Below are positions 1 through 13,635 of a stretch of 64,000 nt of DNA, piece after piece. Within the stretch, counting starts at the first letter, position 1. Each line of letters begins with the position of its first letter. The stretch is from Marsupella aquatica. Its lineage: Eukaryota > Plantae > Marchantiophyta. Position numbers and translations under genes: made by a program. The notes beneath the pieces are model-generated. The model had not been told where the DNA came from, ran no database searches, and was given only the letters and a program-made list of their open reading frames with translations. The stretch is from contig OZ316892.1 in the NCBI GenBank assembly GCA_973895155.1, forward strand, positions 5,426,476 to 5,490,475, written 5' to 3'.

Positions 1-2917
1 GATCCTGAATAGATATTTTATTACCAAGATGTTCATTCTTTGGCTCTGAGGTGATTGAATTTTTTGATACAAAAAACATGGATACATCAGCAAAAACAAG
101 GGCTTCGCAACAGGCCCACTAGCCGACTAGGAGTGGTAATGGTTTTGTCCTACATATGCCCCAAAGTTCATGTGAAATGAAGTCCAGCCTGTCCCCACAT
201 TTGAATAGGTAGGATTATTGCATCTTAGACATAGGGAAATAAACACTTTGAGCTCTTGTAGAGCCCCCACATCTATACTTTAATCTGTGATTGAGTTTTA
301 CCATTCAAGCCTTACTTTGTAAAGTAAAGCCATAGGGTATAATTTCTCTGGTAATTAACAACAAATTTTAAAATTGAGACTAAGCTCTCAGTGGGGGTTT
401 GCATGAAGGAACTCTTCCTCTGCATAAGCAAGGGTATCCAGGCTAGTGGGACAAAATGGCAGACAAATAGCTGTAATGGCTTCCCTATGGAAAGGAGTTG
501 CAACCTCATGGAACCATCTCTGCTGAGGGGGTCTGTTTTTGGCAAACAATAGTTTCCATGAATAATGTGGAGGGTGAGCACTACAAACTAAGTCGTGTCA
601 AAATATTTTATAGGATGCTAGAAAACAAGCCATCTTACAAGATTTGGCCAGAGTGGCAAGTTAGACAAGTGACCAGGCATGTGGCTGAGTAGTGCGGGAC
701 TGCTGGGTCCTTAGGAGGGGATCCATCAACCAGCCTCCGCCCTTGGGACAATGGGAGGACTTTAGGGGTGAGAGCCAGGCTAAGGGTAATTTGGTGCATT
801 TGTTTTTGATTGTCACTAAAGATGTTCTAATTTATAATACTGTCAATATCAATATTATATTTTCAAATAAATATACCACTGTTTTAGTATATCAGGACCT
901 CTGGTTTTTATTTTTATTTTATTTTACAATGTATACCACTGTTTTTGGTACATCCCCACACTGGTTACTGTGTCTCAATTTGTCATCTTTGTACATAGTC
1001 ATGGCTTATTTTCAAATACAAACAAAAAAAAATCATGACATCTGTAGTGTCAAAGTAATTAAAAATTGTTTTGCAATTCTTGTGTAGGCAGGTGATGTGG
1101 CCAAAGCAGGGCCAAATCTTGGCAAAATTTAACCAACGAGGTAAACTGGAAGAGTCAGCAAAGTCCAGCCTCTGCCCGTGGGCAAAGGGAAAAAACCTAA
1201 GCTGAGTGGCAGAGTGGCAGAGGTATTGACGGGGCAAAGGTAAAAAAAAACCAAGCTGACGGGGAGAGTGTATTGATGGGGCAGCAGCCAATCGGAGAGG
1301 AATAGTGGCATGTCCTTTTTTGGCTTGACTGTTGACATGCCCCCACCCCCCCACCACACAAAAAAAAGGGCCCAGAATACTTTCAGGACTAATAAATTAA
1401 TACAGTCTTTGCAATACCGTGTCTTCAACTAACAACTAAGGTGTATATAATACACAGTCTCTATTGTTACGTATTGCTTGTGGTCTGGCAGGTTTACTCC
1501 CTCTTTTACCTGGTTTTATTTGTCTTCTAAGTAAAGAACTCCTTTCAAACCAAAACAAAATTGTGAAGAGGGGGCTTGTATTGTCACATGGTAATATACA
1601 GAATATACACATGATATACTGTATTATACCATATAATATAATATAATATTGGTACACACAAAAATAGACCCCTAAGAGGTGGTTCCATGAGGTTGCAACT
1701 CCTTTCCATATGGAAGCCAATTGGTTGTCATCACAACAGCATTTTTTCACAAGGGTATTGTCCTGTTTTCTCCCTACCCGCGTTGCCACCAGTTGCCTCT
1801 GCCTGGCCAGAAGAGCCGCATTTAAGAACCTATAAAGCGCTGTAAAATAACTGTGGTTAAGCTTGGCTTCAATAATCCTAACCAGATCCTAGAGTTAAAT
1901 ACCAATAATCGTGGGGTCCAGGCACACTTATTTTCTTTTGACCTATCACACACGAATAGGTTTGTGTTGTTTTATTTTATTGGTGGAAAACTTACAAATG
2001 GTTGTGGAAGAACAAGGTGTTTCAATCCCAAAATCATAAGAATTAAAGGGATATTCCATGTCAGATGTCATGGTGAGGTCCTCATGCTTGTGCTTGTGCT
2101 TGTAATCTTGTCATTTTGGTGTTAGGTCCTTTGAATCTCTCCCTTGAGTGTTGGGATCTTGCATGCATGATTTTGATCTTCAATGTTTCCGTCTCCTCTT
2201 TCAGTGCACGGATCTCCCATGGCGACCTCACCAGGCCGCCATCGCCAGAGCAGCTCTCATCCATCTCATTTTGGGGATCAGCAATGCCTGAGTTAATCCA
2301 ATAGGTACAAAAATCTTAGAAAGAATCTCATAGCAAAGTCTTGTTCCCTCCTTTTCCAAGTTTTTGAATAGACCACGGATGGAGTTGGGCCAGGGATCCC
2401 TTATTAGAGTGGTTGATGACTTATTTATCTAGCTATGGGACCAGTTTGAGAGGGACTTGTTCCCTCATTATCCAAGATTGTCGCCATGGAGGTATACCAA
2501 ATTTTCAATGTTTTGGTATGTGCTGCTATAGTGATAGGACACACTTTGGTTATTTTGTCTTATTGTAATTGCTTGTTACATATTTTTATGTAAACGTGGT
2601 CATTATATGCTTTAAATTATTTTCCTGAATTTAGTAATTTCTTGCAACCCTTTGATGTTTTCAATTCTTTAGTTTTTCTTAAACTTTTATTAATATTTTT
2701 ATTATGATACCTTATCTTATTCCTCTATTCTTAATTTGTAGGTTATTGATACATGTTAATGTTAAAGGCATTCCTCCTCCTTTCCATGAGATTCAATGAT
2801 AAGGTCCAACTCTCCAAGCTCAATCAGGCAACATGCATGGTACACAATTTAACAATGCATTGTAATTTATATTTCTATTGTTTAAAATCATTCCAATGCT
2901 TATGATTTATAGATCAA

Positions 2918-2945
2918 TTAGCCTGATGCCCGTGCGTTGCACAAA
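2918..2945 (-). mobile_element. Helitron 3' terminus (hairpin + CTRR)
   Basis: Minus strand reads ...GTGCaacGCACgggcatcaggCTAA|T: a subterminal hairpin followed ~10 nt later by CTRR and a host T, the canonical Helitron 3' end. The 5' TC end was not located. Confidence 0.55.
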
Positions 2946-4647
2946 AGATTTTGAAATGAGGGCAAGATGTCAAAGAGAGGAAAATATGTTGATGCAAGGG
3001 CAAGACGAAAAGGAGAGGGCAAGATGTTGAGGTGAGGGCAAGATGTCAAGCCCGAGATGTAAGGCAAGGGAGAGATGTCAATTAGGAGAGATGTCAAGCG
3101 CAAGATAATGGCCATCACATCTATTCAACACATTTTTATTCTTAGTTTTACCCAATTTTTTATTCAAGATTTACCAAAATTCTTTTATATAAGTTTTTTT
3201 GGCCTCCCTTCTTTTCCCCCTCTCCCACCCTCTCCCCTTATATCCTTGTGCTTTCCCTTCTTGCCCTCCTAGTGCCTCGTCCTTCCCCCTGACCCTTTTT
3301 CTTCCCTTCAACACCAGTGAAAAAAGTAAAAAGGTGTTAAAAATGGGAAGAAAAGACAATTAACCTCCAAAAAATGAAATCTCCTTTTTAAGAACAAAAA
3401 TCAAACTAATTTCATGTCAATCTACTCTACTTCCCCTTAGTGCTCTAAACACCATTATCTCAAATCGATCTATTTTTACTTCAATGCTCCATGCCAAAAT
3501 GTACTCTAAATGGACTTAAAAATATTCTACTTCCACTTGAATGCTCCATGCCAAAAAGTATGATAAGCAAGCTACAAAATAATTAAAGTAACATATTCAA
3601 GTATTCTATCATATATTATACTATATTATAATTTATAACCAAATAATCTTAGGTACCCATCTCATTCAATCCAAGAGCCTTAAATAATTCTAAACAATAT
3701 CTAACAGCTGAACATTGTTCCCTCCTTTTCCCTTTTGTAACGGGATGATGGACAAAAACTGGCCGGATTTATTATTATAATTGTAATTAAAATAGGTGTC
3801 ATCTAAACAAAGAGTTCCTCAAAATAGAGCTTAACATTAGAAAGGTACAAAGTTCATGTACTTTGCTTTCAGCCACAAAAATACTATTCTTACAAGGTAC
3901 ACTTTTTATCCCCTACAAGTTAATGTATTTGTCTTTCACCAAGAGAGTAAGATACCTCTGTTGTCATGACCATACGTAGCGTGCTAGACTATGTAGTGTG
4001 CTAGCGGAGTCCATACCTTAGATGGGCCGTAGTGCCTAGTTAGGAGTCTGGTTCCATGGTAGAGGGTTAGAGGGGGTGCCCTGTTGATGGTGACTCCTCT
4101 AGTAGGACCCGCCCTCAGGGTTGGAGGGTATAGTGTGGAGAGGCTCAAAGGACGGTTAGTTCTTTGAGTTGAGCCTTTGGCGTTGGGAGAGCCTTGGTAG
4201 TGAGTGGAGCTCCTTGGCTATGGTGTCCCGTTAGCTTCGACCTAGATTCTCCATTGTGGAGTGGGTTTGGCTTGACTGTGTGTGTTCTTACGTGTTTTAT
4301 GACAATATGTCTTTCACGGATTTCAGTTGCGGTACACTGTCTTGTATTTGTGTATGCTCTTGTCCATGTTATGCATGTATGTGAGTATGGCATGACCAGC
4401 GATGTATGTTGTACGATGATGTGGATTCGCACTACACTGTTCACTTGGATATGTTTTTTTTTCCCATTTACAATCTGTCATGGATAAGTGCTACGTGTAT
4501 AACTGCATTCCATGGGTAACTGCAGGGTAGTCGACATGTAGTCCCCCCAAAATATAGCACATTCCTTTGTAAATGCACCCAAAAGTGCACCGTCTGTAAG
4601 TACATCTCGGCGTCACTAAATGACAAGATTCATAACTATATTTCGTC

Positions 4648-4935
4648 CTCGGGGGGTTAACTAAGTGTATATTTTGGGGTACCACGTGCGATCATAGCCT
4701 AATATAAATAGACCTATTTTATAAATAAAATATTCCAAGAATATTCTCTATTTTCAATATTAATAACATATTTTACTTTATAAAAGATATATATTAGAGA
4801 ATATTCTATAAACATGAGTTTATAATACATTCTTTTGCCTCCTACACTTTTTAAAAATTTAGTTAAGTTCTATCCAAAATACCTATTTTGGATCGCACGT
4901 GGTTCCTAAGATTTTTTTATAGTCAACCTCCCGAG
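4648..4935. mobile_element. MITE family A (CTCGGGG...CCCGAG termini, 8-bp TSD)
   Basis: TIRs ctcgggggg/cctcccgag, flanks atttcgtc/attccgtc (1 mismatch), AT-rich core with subterminal ccacgtgcgatc/gatcgcacgtgg. Inverted copy at 25732-26016. Confidence 0.85.
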
Positions 4936-5322
4936 ATTCCGTCTATAAGAGTTCACATTGTGTTTATCAATTTGTGCATACAGTGGACAAAATGCTTTTA
5001 TTGATAAGCGCTTAAAAGATTTACATAGACTGTCTACTTAAGAGTATTTATCAATAAGAGCATAAGTTGTGTACCAACACATAGAGTACTAGGGTGCACT
5101 AAAGCATTTGGGCAGGGCCTGTATGAGGGTTTAGGTACGAGAGACTTATGTGTGACCTGACAGCAGAATCACGAGGTTTAGATTTATGGGTGACCTGACA
5201 GCAGAATCACAAGGTTTAAACGAGAGAATGTGAAGGGCATCGAGGTTTAGGACTGACAAAGAGCAACAGTCAACCAGGGACATAGTGTGTGGCAACACAC
5301 TCTTCTTTGAAGTGCTGTCATC

Positions 5323-7155
5323 ATGGGGGCAAAGAAGCTGACAACCTTGAGCCACAAGGAGAAGCAAGACATTTGTAAGCACAAGCAGCAAAACAATGGC
5401 TTGACTAACAAGGATTTGGTTAAGTGGGTGCCAACCACATTTGGGGAGAAGGTTCATAAGACAACTGTTGGCAGAGTATTGAAGAAGATGTTTGCTTTGT
5501 TCTCGAATGTTAGCAGCAATAAGGTAAAGAGGAATAAAAACCCACGGGAGTGCTGATTCTGGAGGAGGCATTGTACCGCTGGTTTTTGGCAGTGCAAGAG
5601 GCAAGTCTGCCAATTTTTGATGAGTTGCTAATGGAGAAAGCACCTCAAATGTACACTATTCTACAAAACAAATCCTGAGCTAAACATGGACGAAGACAGG
5701 CCTATTTTACAAGCCGTAGGTGAACAAGAGCTTGTCAGTAGGACAAAGTTGTGAACGGACAAAAGAAATGCAAGGACCGAATCACCATTGCATTAACTTC
5801 AAACATGGATGGCAGTATCAAGCTCCAGCCTCTAGTGATCAACAAGTCTGAGAAACCACTATGCTTCACACAGTGCAGGATTATTTAAGCCCCTTGATAG
5901 TCTAGAAATTCAATGGTACACCAACAAGAAGGCCTGGATGACAGGGAAGTTTTTTGGGCTTCGATGCTGAGATTTGAGGAGCACATGAAAGCATTGGGTC
6001 AAACAAATGTGGCTCTTCTCTTGGACAATGCCCCTGGCCACCTCTTGGGCCCTCTTGTGGACCAGTTGAGGTGGTGAAGGTATACTTCTTGCCTGTCAAC
6101 ACCACAAGTGAACATAGACGACAATCACAATGGGAATTCTATATACCATCCAATGCACAAGTATCAACACAGAGATTTACGTGGTTAATTTCCTCATGAG
6201 GCTACGTCCATGAGAACACACAAGAACTTTATTGCACTCTAGGTCGACTGACCATATTAAACATCCATAACACAAGCTCTCTCTATCTCTCAATTGGCTC
6301 CGTAACAATGAGCCCAAGTTCCTCCTATCCAAGCAAACACCGCTTGGGTATAGTGTGTATAACATGACTAATCTAACCTAATCTGTGACTAAGGTTAACC
6401 CTAACTACGATATAGTCGTAACTCTAGACCTAAATGTAAATTCTAACAGATTTTAGCCTAGATGCTGAGATTATTAAGAGCTTTAAATGTTGGTAAAGTT
6501 GTTTAAGAGAAGTAGCTCCAAGATTTTGACAATTCAGAACTCTTCAAAATGGATGTGTACAAAGCTGTGAAAATGGTGGTGAAAGCATGGAGTGATAGAG
6601 TCACTCAAAAAACAATTCGCACATGTTGGGAGCATTCCCAGCTTATGACTTACAAGCATCAAGGGGCGAATTGCTGCAGACTGGACATCGACCTGGAGTT
6701 GGAGGCGACAACAGATGATCGAGACCTGCGTGACAATTTAGAGGATTTGGCATACCATCTCATTCAGTTAAAGTTGTCATATCTCGTGATGGTGGATGCA
6801 AAAGAGTACCACACTGCAGACAATGTTCAAAATGCTCCCACATTTCCAGTTGACAATGGCGACATTGCAAATTGTTGGAGACCTTGCAGAGGATGAAGAT
6901 GAGGTCTTGGATGAATTCGAGTCACAAAATGTGAATCTTGACGAGACTCAAGATGTCCAAGACACTGAGACAGTTACTGAGCCCCAAATCTCATTTCAAG
7001 CAGGCACTTCTTATTTTGAAGGGGTCAAAAAGTTTCTCTAGTAGCGGGAGTACAATATGTATGGGCTTACATTGGAATTGAACAAAATTTTGAAGTTTTG
7101 AAGGAAAGGACACCTAACCAGCTTGAAGCACTCAAAGATTGACCAGTTCGTTGCC
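5323..7155 (+). pseudogene. pogo/Tigger-like (CENP-B HTH + DDE_1) transposase relic
   Basis: Fragments across frameshifts and stops: MGAKKLTTLSHKEKQDICKH (HTH), KDRITIALTSNMDGSIKLQPLVINKSEKP, WYTNKKAWMT, LLLDNAPGH, FLPVNTT..DAEIIKSFK, AVKMVVKAWSDRVTQKTIRTCW. Interrupted by a solo LTR. Confidence 0.85.
6109..6448 (-). mobile_element. Copia solo LTR inserted in the pogo transposase
   Basis: Colinear with the LTR at 57316-57660 over its length (e.g. gaggctacgtcca, tggctccgtaacaatgagcc, gtaactctagacctaa...ctaaca). It splits the FLPVNTT|QPLDAGII motif. Left end slightly eroded, no TSD seen. Confidence 0.85.
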
Positions 7156-9777
7156 ACAAATGGTGGAGTTGATGGTGGGGACATAGTGGAGGATGGCGCT
7201 GCAATTTCCGAGTGCAATGCCGAACCCTTGGGTGAGTGAATTCTAATTTGCAGATATGGAGTCATTGGAGCCCTAAGTTTGCGCGTAAGTACTCAAGTTG
7301 AAGTTTTGTTATGTGCTCTAGTAATAGGGACTTTATTATGAATAAGTTAAAATAGGTGTGCCTTACGGGGCCGCCAGCTATATACAGTGGTTAACCTGTA
7401 AAAGTGTGTACCATTGTGGCAGTGCAGAATGTGATGAGTGAGCGTCAATGTGTGTGTAGGGTGTGTGAGCAATGGCTGCCTGTGTGCTCTCCACGCGCGA
7501 TGATGAATGAGTTGCGTGCTTGCCCCGGCTGCTCATGCGGACAGACAAAATGTTCTTCAACACGGAACACTCTGTGGAACTCCAGAGTGGCCTTCAATCT
7601 GGCTGTACTTGAAATAGTGAGGACATTGGTGATCACATTGTCTTGACAAGCTCAATGATGGTGTGTTGTACTGAAGACACAATCCAAAAGGTTGGGCATG
7701 AGACCATAAAGTTGGCTTTGTTTACATTCCCTCTTGTTCTTAGACACGTCGATGAAAGTCTTCAGCTATATCCTCATTTCATCTTCATATGATCTAGCGT
7801 TATATTCCCTCATGTTCTTGACAGGACGACCATAGTCTTCACTGACCTCTTGATTTCATCTGTTTATGATCTAGCCTCATGTGCTTCATCACTTTACCCC
7901 TTTTCGGGCCTGCAGCAGATTGGACGAAGACCATCCAAGGAATTGGATTGGAGCTGTAGGGTTTCTTGTAACTCTCTTCTTCTGTTCTATGCGGGAGGGC
8001 AATTGAGCCACTTCTTTTTCATTCACCGGTTTGTAATCTTCAGCTGCTTGCCCATCTATTTGCAATCTTTCGCAATTCTGATTGTACTCATTGTTCAATG
8101 CAGCTGCTTCATCTACCCAGCGGATTTTCAATCCCCAGTAAATTTGGAATCTAAGCTGCTTCCTTTGACCATTTGCGATTCTCAGCTGTTTAACCATTTG
8201 CAGTCCCCAGCAGATTCGGATTCAACCCGCTTCCAGTCTTCTGCTGCTCATCCTCCCAAAGCTATTTCTGCTGCAGATTTGGACTCCTTATACGAATGTT
8301 TTCGTGAGCAGAGCATTGGTGACAGAGAGAATTTTGCCCAGGCTCTTCTTGGTGACGAGGAGTTGGCGGGTACTCAGATTTTAGTCATCTTGGGACACTT
8401 TCGGAGAAGCGATTCATCTTAGCTCGGCACTGAAGTCTGGTGGGTCCATTCGTCTTCAGCTCGACAGAAGAGGTAAGACCGAATGTATCCTTTCCGTAGC
8501 GTGCAACTTTAAAAGAGGAGGGAATGGAATCTTAATTTGAAGTCTTGGGTGAGGGAATGGTAAGCTCATTCCCACAGGGTAAGAAGTGATTCGACTGGGG
8601 AGGCCACGATTCCAATGCAATTTATGATTGTCGTAGTCTCCGAGTTCTTCCCTTACCATTCCGGGTTTGCAGAATCAGGTGCCTCTGTGGTACCTTGCCT
8701 TGGCCATCCCAGTTTTCAAGCTAGTCTCCAGATTTCTAGTTGTCTACCGTGTTTTGTCTACTGTATATTTGTGAGGGCGGAGGCCCATTTGATCATTTGC
8801 ATTGTTTGATTGGTTCTGCCTAACAAATTATAGTGACGTACTCCTTTTACCACCAAAATGCAGCGTACTGTATCCTAATAATGAAAATATTTGGGGGAAG
8901 CAGCTGCTACAGTTGATTTACCAATAAAGCACTTCACACGGAATCAATTTGGATTCTGGTTCTTTTGTTTAATAGCGGATAGGCTGCTGATTTACACCGT
9001 GACGTGACGAGCTCTGAGGCACCGCCACGAAGGTGGTAATTTGTCCTTATCGACTGTTGGCAACAATTACACGGGGGCAGTTGCTTCTGCAGCTTACCCA
9101 TCCACAGACACGGAACCTCTTACATACACAACGGCCACACCTTCCCTTCGCTAGTCCTCATCGAGTGGTTGTCAGAGATCATACGGAGTGTCAACTCTAG
9201 AACTTTGAAGATTCCCAAATTGAGAGCAAGCAATAATTTTCTTTTGTCAGGGTGTAGGTTTCTGTAAAGTTAGGTAGGCAACTACAAACCGAGATGTACT
9301 GTGCCACTTCCGAGACTCTTGTGGCAGTGATTAGGATCTCACAAACGACTTGGGTATTCTCCGTTTTCTGTTTTGAATTTTTGGGAAGAACTTTTGGGCT
9401 GGTGGCATTTCTTGTACCATCGGCCTAATCATCTTCATCGTTGTCTGCATTTTGGAGCAGGGCCAGGAAGTTTCAATTGAGGGATCTCGAGGCCTAAAGG
9501 AGCAACGCCACTGAGGTAGGAGGAGCTCCTTCAATGCCTCACTAGGCCCGTGAATTCATGAGAACGAAAATGTCAACAACGCCCTTGGTCCTTGGCCCTC
9601 TTTGGGCCCTCTTTGGGGATGGGTGCAAGTCAATAATAATTCTTTCCGCTTACATTGGATTCTATCCTTCTCATCCACATTTCGATCGACTTCCCGTAAT
9701 AGCCAAGAAGGTCGGGTGGGCTGATTCTGTTCATCCTATTTGCAGGGCACTCCTGTTTTTGCTCGTCCGGGTCGGCG

Positions 9778-12700
9778 ATGCGGACCGCGGAGAAGCAGCC
9801 GCTCTTGCCACCAGGGGTTGATGAAGGACCAAAACATGGAGGGCATCGAGAACATGACGAGTATGAACGAGCGTACGAGGAGTCGGAGCAAATAGACACA
9901 ACTTTGTTTTATGGGCAGGATGATTTGGAAAGCGGAGACCACGTTCCGAAATTCTCCTGGAAAAAGTTATGGCTCTTTACCGGACCAGGGTTTCTCATGA
10001 GCATCGGATACCTCGATCCTGGGAACATTGAGAGTGACATCCAAGCAGGTGCTGGGGCAGGGTATAATCTTCTATGGCTGCTAATGTGGGCAACTGTGAT
10101 GGGGCTTCTCATTCAGCTGCTGGCCGCCAGGTTGGGAGTCGCCACAGGATGCCATATGGCTGAACTCTGTAGAGACGAGTATCCACCTTGGGCAAGATAT
10201 TTGCTCTGGCTGATGGCTGAGGTTGCCATCATAGGAGCAGATATTCAGGAGGTGATTGGAAGTGCGATTGCATTTCGGATTTTGTCAAATGGGTATCTCC
10301 CTCTGTGGGCAGGAGTGCTCATCACTGGAGTAGACGGGTAAGTGAGTAGGATCGCTAGAGTGATTGTTGGTCGGTACGGTCTAAAATGGTCCACTTAAGA
10401 TTGGGCAGGATTTGTTCAGTGCATCTTTTGTAAAAAAAGTGTCCACCATCAGTACCAGAATCACCACCCTAGGATCTGGAGCCTACCTAATGCCATCTTC
10501 TGCTCGGATAGCCTTGGGCGATTTTGATATCGATCATACAGCTTGGATTGTGATCCGATCAATGGACGAGCACACCTAGATCTGCAGCTCGTTGGTCAGA
10601 AAACTATTGATTAGGTCAATGGACATCCGGTGGAGATTAAGGATCTAGATCTGGACTCCAATTATTCTCCTGTCATTGATATCGGTAGAGGCAATTGGAG
10701 ACTTTATTTCAGCAGTTGTTGTTGGTCCAATGCCACAAATGGGGTCCCGTTGTCCATTCATTCCTGGATTAATTCTTCTTTTGATTGTTTCGATCTTTTT
10801 GCATTTATTCGTTCATCCATTCATTTCATGTTCGTTTTTCGCATGTGCACAGGTTTTTGTTCCTGTCACTAGAGAGCTTCGGAGTGAGAAAACTGGAAGC
10901 TTTGTTCGGAGGCTTCATCGCGGTGATGGCAATTTCATTTGCTTGGATGTTTGGGCTAGCGCAACCTGACAACAAAGAGATTGCTCGAGGTACGTGACTT
11001 GTGTACGCACTGACCGCCTTCGTCTCCTCATGATGAAGACAATCCAACAACCCACTGGACAATCGTTTGCAATTGCCTCTAGGTCCTTCAATTGTCTTGT
11101 ATTTCCTGTATTGTTATGTCCGTCTGTCCTCGAATTTATATGGGTCGTCTGTCTCCCCTGTTCTACGAAAGGTTGTAAAGTCATGGTCTTATAATTACTA
11201 TATGCAAATTTGCGTTTATTTCCAAGCCCTGTCGTCATTGGTGTGGAAGTCCTTGAACAATTTTGGAAAGAATGTCCGAGTTCAGTTAATGAGCCTTCTT
11301 CTTAACCTAATGTGCAGGTTTGCTCATTCCTTATGTGCCCTCCAATTCAGTGGACATTGCAGTAGGAATTGTGGGGTGTGTAATCATGCCTCACAATATC
11401 TTTCTCCATTCTGCGCTTGTGCAATCGCGGTCACTTGACAAGTCAAAGGAGAGTACCATCCGGGATGCTCTTCGTTACTACACAATTGAATCAGGCCTGG
11501 CTCTGTTTATCTCCTTCAGCATCAACCTCTTCATCATGGCGGTATTTGCCAAAGGGTTTTACACGCCAGGGGGCGATAGACCAGACATTGGGATCATGAA
11601 TGCTGGAGATTACCTTCAAAATGAGTATGGTGGAGGATATTTTCCTATTCTCTACATTTGGGCAATTGGGCTTCTGATGGCGGGCCAGAGTAGTACCATG
11701 ACGGGGACTTACACGGGCCAATTCGTCATGGCTGGGTTTTTGGAGATCCGAGTGAAGAAGTGGCTTCGGGTGCTTGTGACACGGAGTGTGGCCATTGTAC
11801 CCACAGTTATTGTGGCGCTCATTTTCGACGAGGCTGGCAACAACCTCGACCGGATGAACGAGTGGCTTAATGTTCTCCAGTCAGTCCAGCTGCCATTTGC
11901 TCTCATCCCTTTGCTTTGTCTGGTCTCGACTGAGAGAGTGATGGGAGCCTTAAAAATCGGACGTGTGACACAGGTATTTTGCTTGTTCATAGTGTGTGTG
12001 TTGAGTTTCATGTCTGAACTGCAATATTGTAGATGGTCCTCCAATGACCTTTGTGGGAAAGTAAATGCCCTCCCCCCAAAAAAGGAGCAAGTGGGGGACT
12101 TGTAAGTTTGAGTGTAATGTGGCTGGCTCGTTCCAGTCTCTAAGCTTTCCCTTTGACGATTGAAGTCTTCTATGAACTCCTGTGCGTAAAGGAGAATAAG
12201 CAATGTGCACCTAGTGATTGGTGCTTTGTTGCACAGAGTTGAGTCTCAAACACGTATCTTTTAAAGTGCTGGAAATTTTGGGTTAGGAAGAGAAAATCGC
12301 CTATTTCTTTTGTGAGGTACGATTAGAACTTGTTTTGAAGTAGATTGTTGCTTGGCTATAAGTCTTGTTCATCTGTTGCGTTATGACAAGTCGACGTTGA
12401 GCAACGGCTGATGGTTGAGGCGGGTGTACTTTGTCAATTAGTTCAGCGGTCAACTTGTTGGGGGTTTAGTACCTCCGCTTTCAGCAAAATTTGTGCGGTT
12501 CATCTCTTCGTTCTGAATGTCTCACGTCTGTCATGCTGGATTTGAAAACATGGTCAAGGTTGCGCCTTTGCGTCATTTGTTGTTTTGGATCCTCCCGCTG
12601 TCCACGTTAGTTGGTCTGGAAAATTAGTCAACTCTTTGAAGGGCTTCGAAACTATCATGTATGTCTCTCCAAGAGGACTGTCGTTCTTGTGGTATTTTGC

Positions 12701-13635
12701 TGTGGTCCTTGGACAGAAGACCTGTATGCAAAGTTTGTCTTGAAAGACAAACCTCTCTTATCTTCTGTCCCGAGGGGCTGTAATCTCAATCTGGATGCAC
12801 CTGGAAATATGCACACACGAGCTTTGAGGAATTTCAAAGAATTTCCTTTGTTCGTCCATGTTGGAATCTGATCTAACAAGATGAGGGTGCTTGGGTGCAG
12901 GTCATAACTTCACTGATTGCATTATTGGTCTTGGCCATAAATTTCTACTTGCTATCAGTGTTCTTTTTGAGCGAAAATGCCGCAGGACTAGCCACCTTTA
13001 TTATTTTGGGAACTGCTGCGATTCTGTATGTGTTCTTCATTCTCTACTTAGCCTTGCGACCTTCCCAGGCGGATGGGCTATGGGCAGGGTTGGTCAAGGC
13101 GTCTTCCAAGTAAGATTTTCCCTTAAGCATTTTTTATGAAACCAAATGTCTTTAAAGTGTGGAATGAGTTTGAGTTCGTGGAACCAACTTAAACGCACTT
13201 CTTTACAGCAAAATTCCGAATTGAGTTCGTTAAAACTCAAATGATATGTTGAAGCTGAACAGCGTTCAGAGCAGCTGAAAGATGACTCATAACCTTATGT
13301 TTCTGATTCCTTCTAGATAAATTTAGAGTGCTTGTGCTCAGCAGATAGAAAGACTTGTCTTGCTTCAGAATTGGTCGTCAACGCTTTCGGACCTTTTTGT
13401 AGTCTTGGGATCTAGTTCATATGTTTCATCTGTAAAGCTAGAGGTACTGATATGCGATATCAGCCCATGCAATTTTACTTTAGCTCAAAATATTATTTGT
13501 GGTTGTTGGCAACATGAAGTTTTTGGATTCATAGAATGTCGAGGGGTTCTAATCGCCTGAATCAGTACTGATCACGGGAAAGGCGTGTTTACATGCAGGG
13601 CTAGGTCTTCAGAATCTGGGCGTTCGCTATCATAG
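9778..13635 (+). CDS. NRAMP: NRAMP metal (Mn/Fe) transporter, NRAMP2/3/4-type; exons 9778-10337, 10853-10989, 11318-11973, 12901-13109, 13599-13635
   Basis: [17 protein letters not shown] (TM1 DPGN), [11 protein letters not shown] (TM6), [19 protein letters not shown] transport motif. GT-AG introns restore the frame at every junction. The last exon is less certain because an in-frame TAA follows exon 4 at 13111-13113. Confidence 0.93.

Noticed and set aside
7400-8810. ORFs 7850-8422, 7889-8197 and neighbours
   Set aside because: No recognisable domain; probably decayed TE or non-coding sequence.
11709-12203. Antisense ORFs over NRAMP, ClpP4, the Roco gene and the RLK
   Set aside because: These are shadow ORFs of real coding exons.
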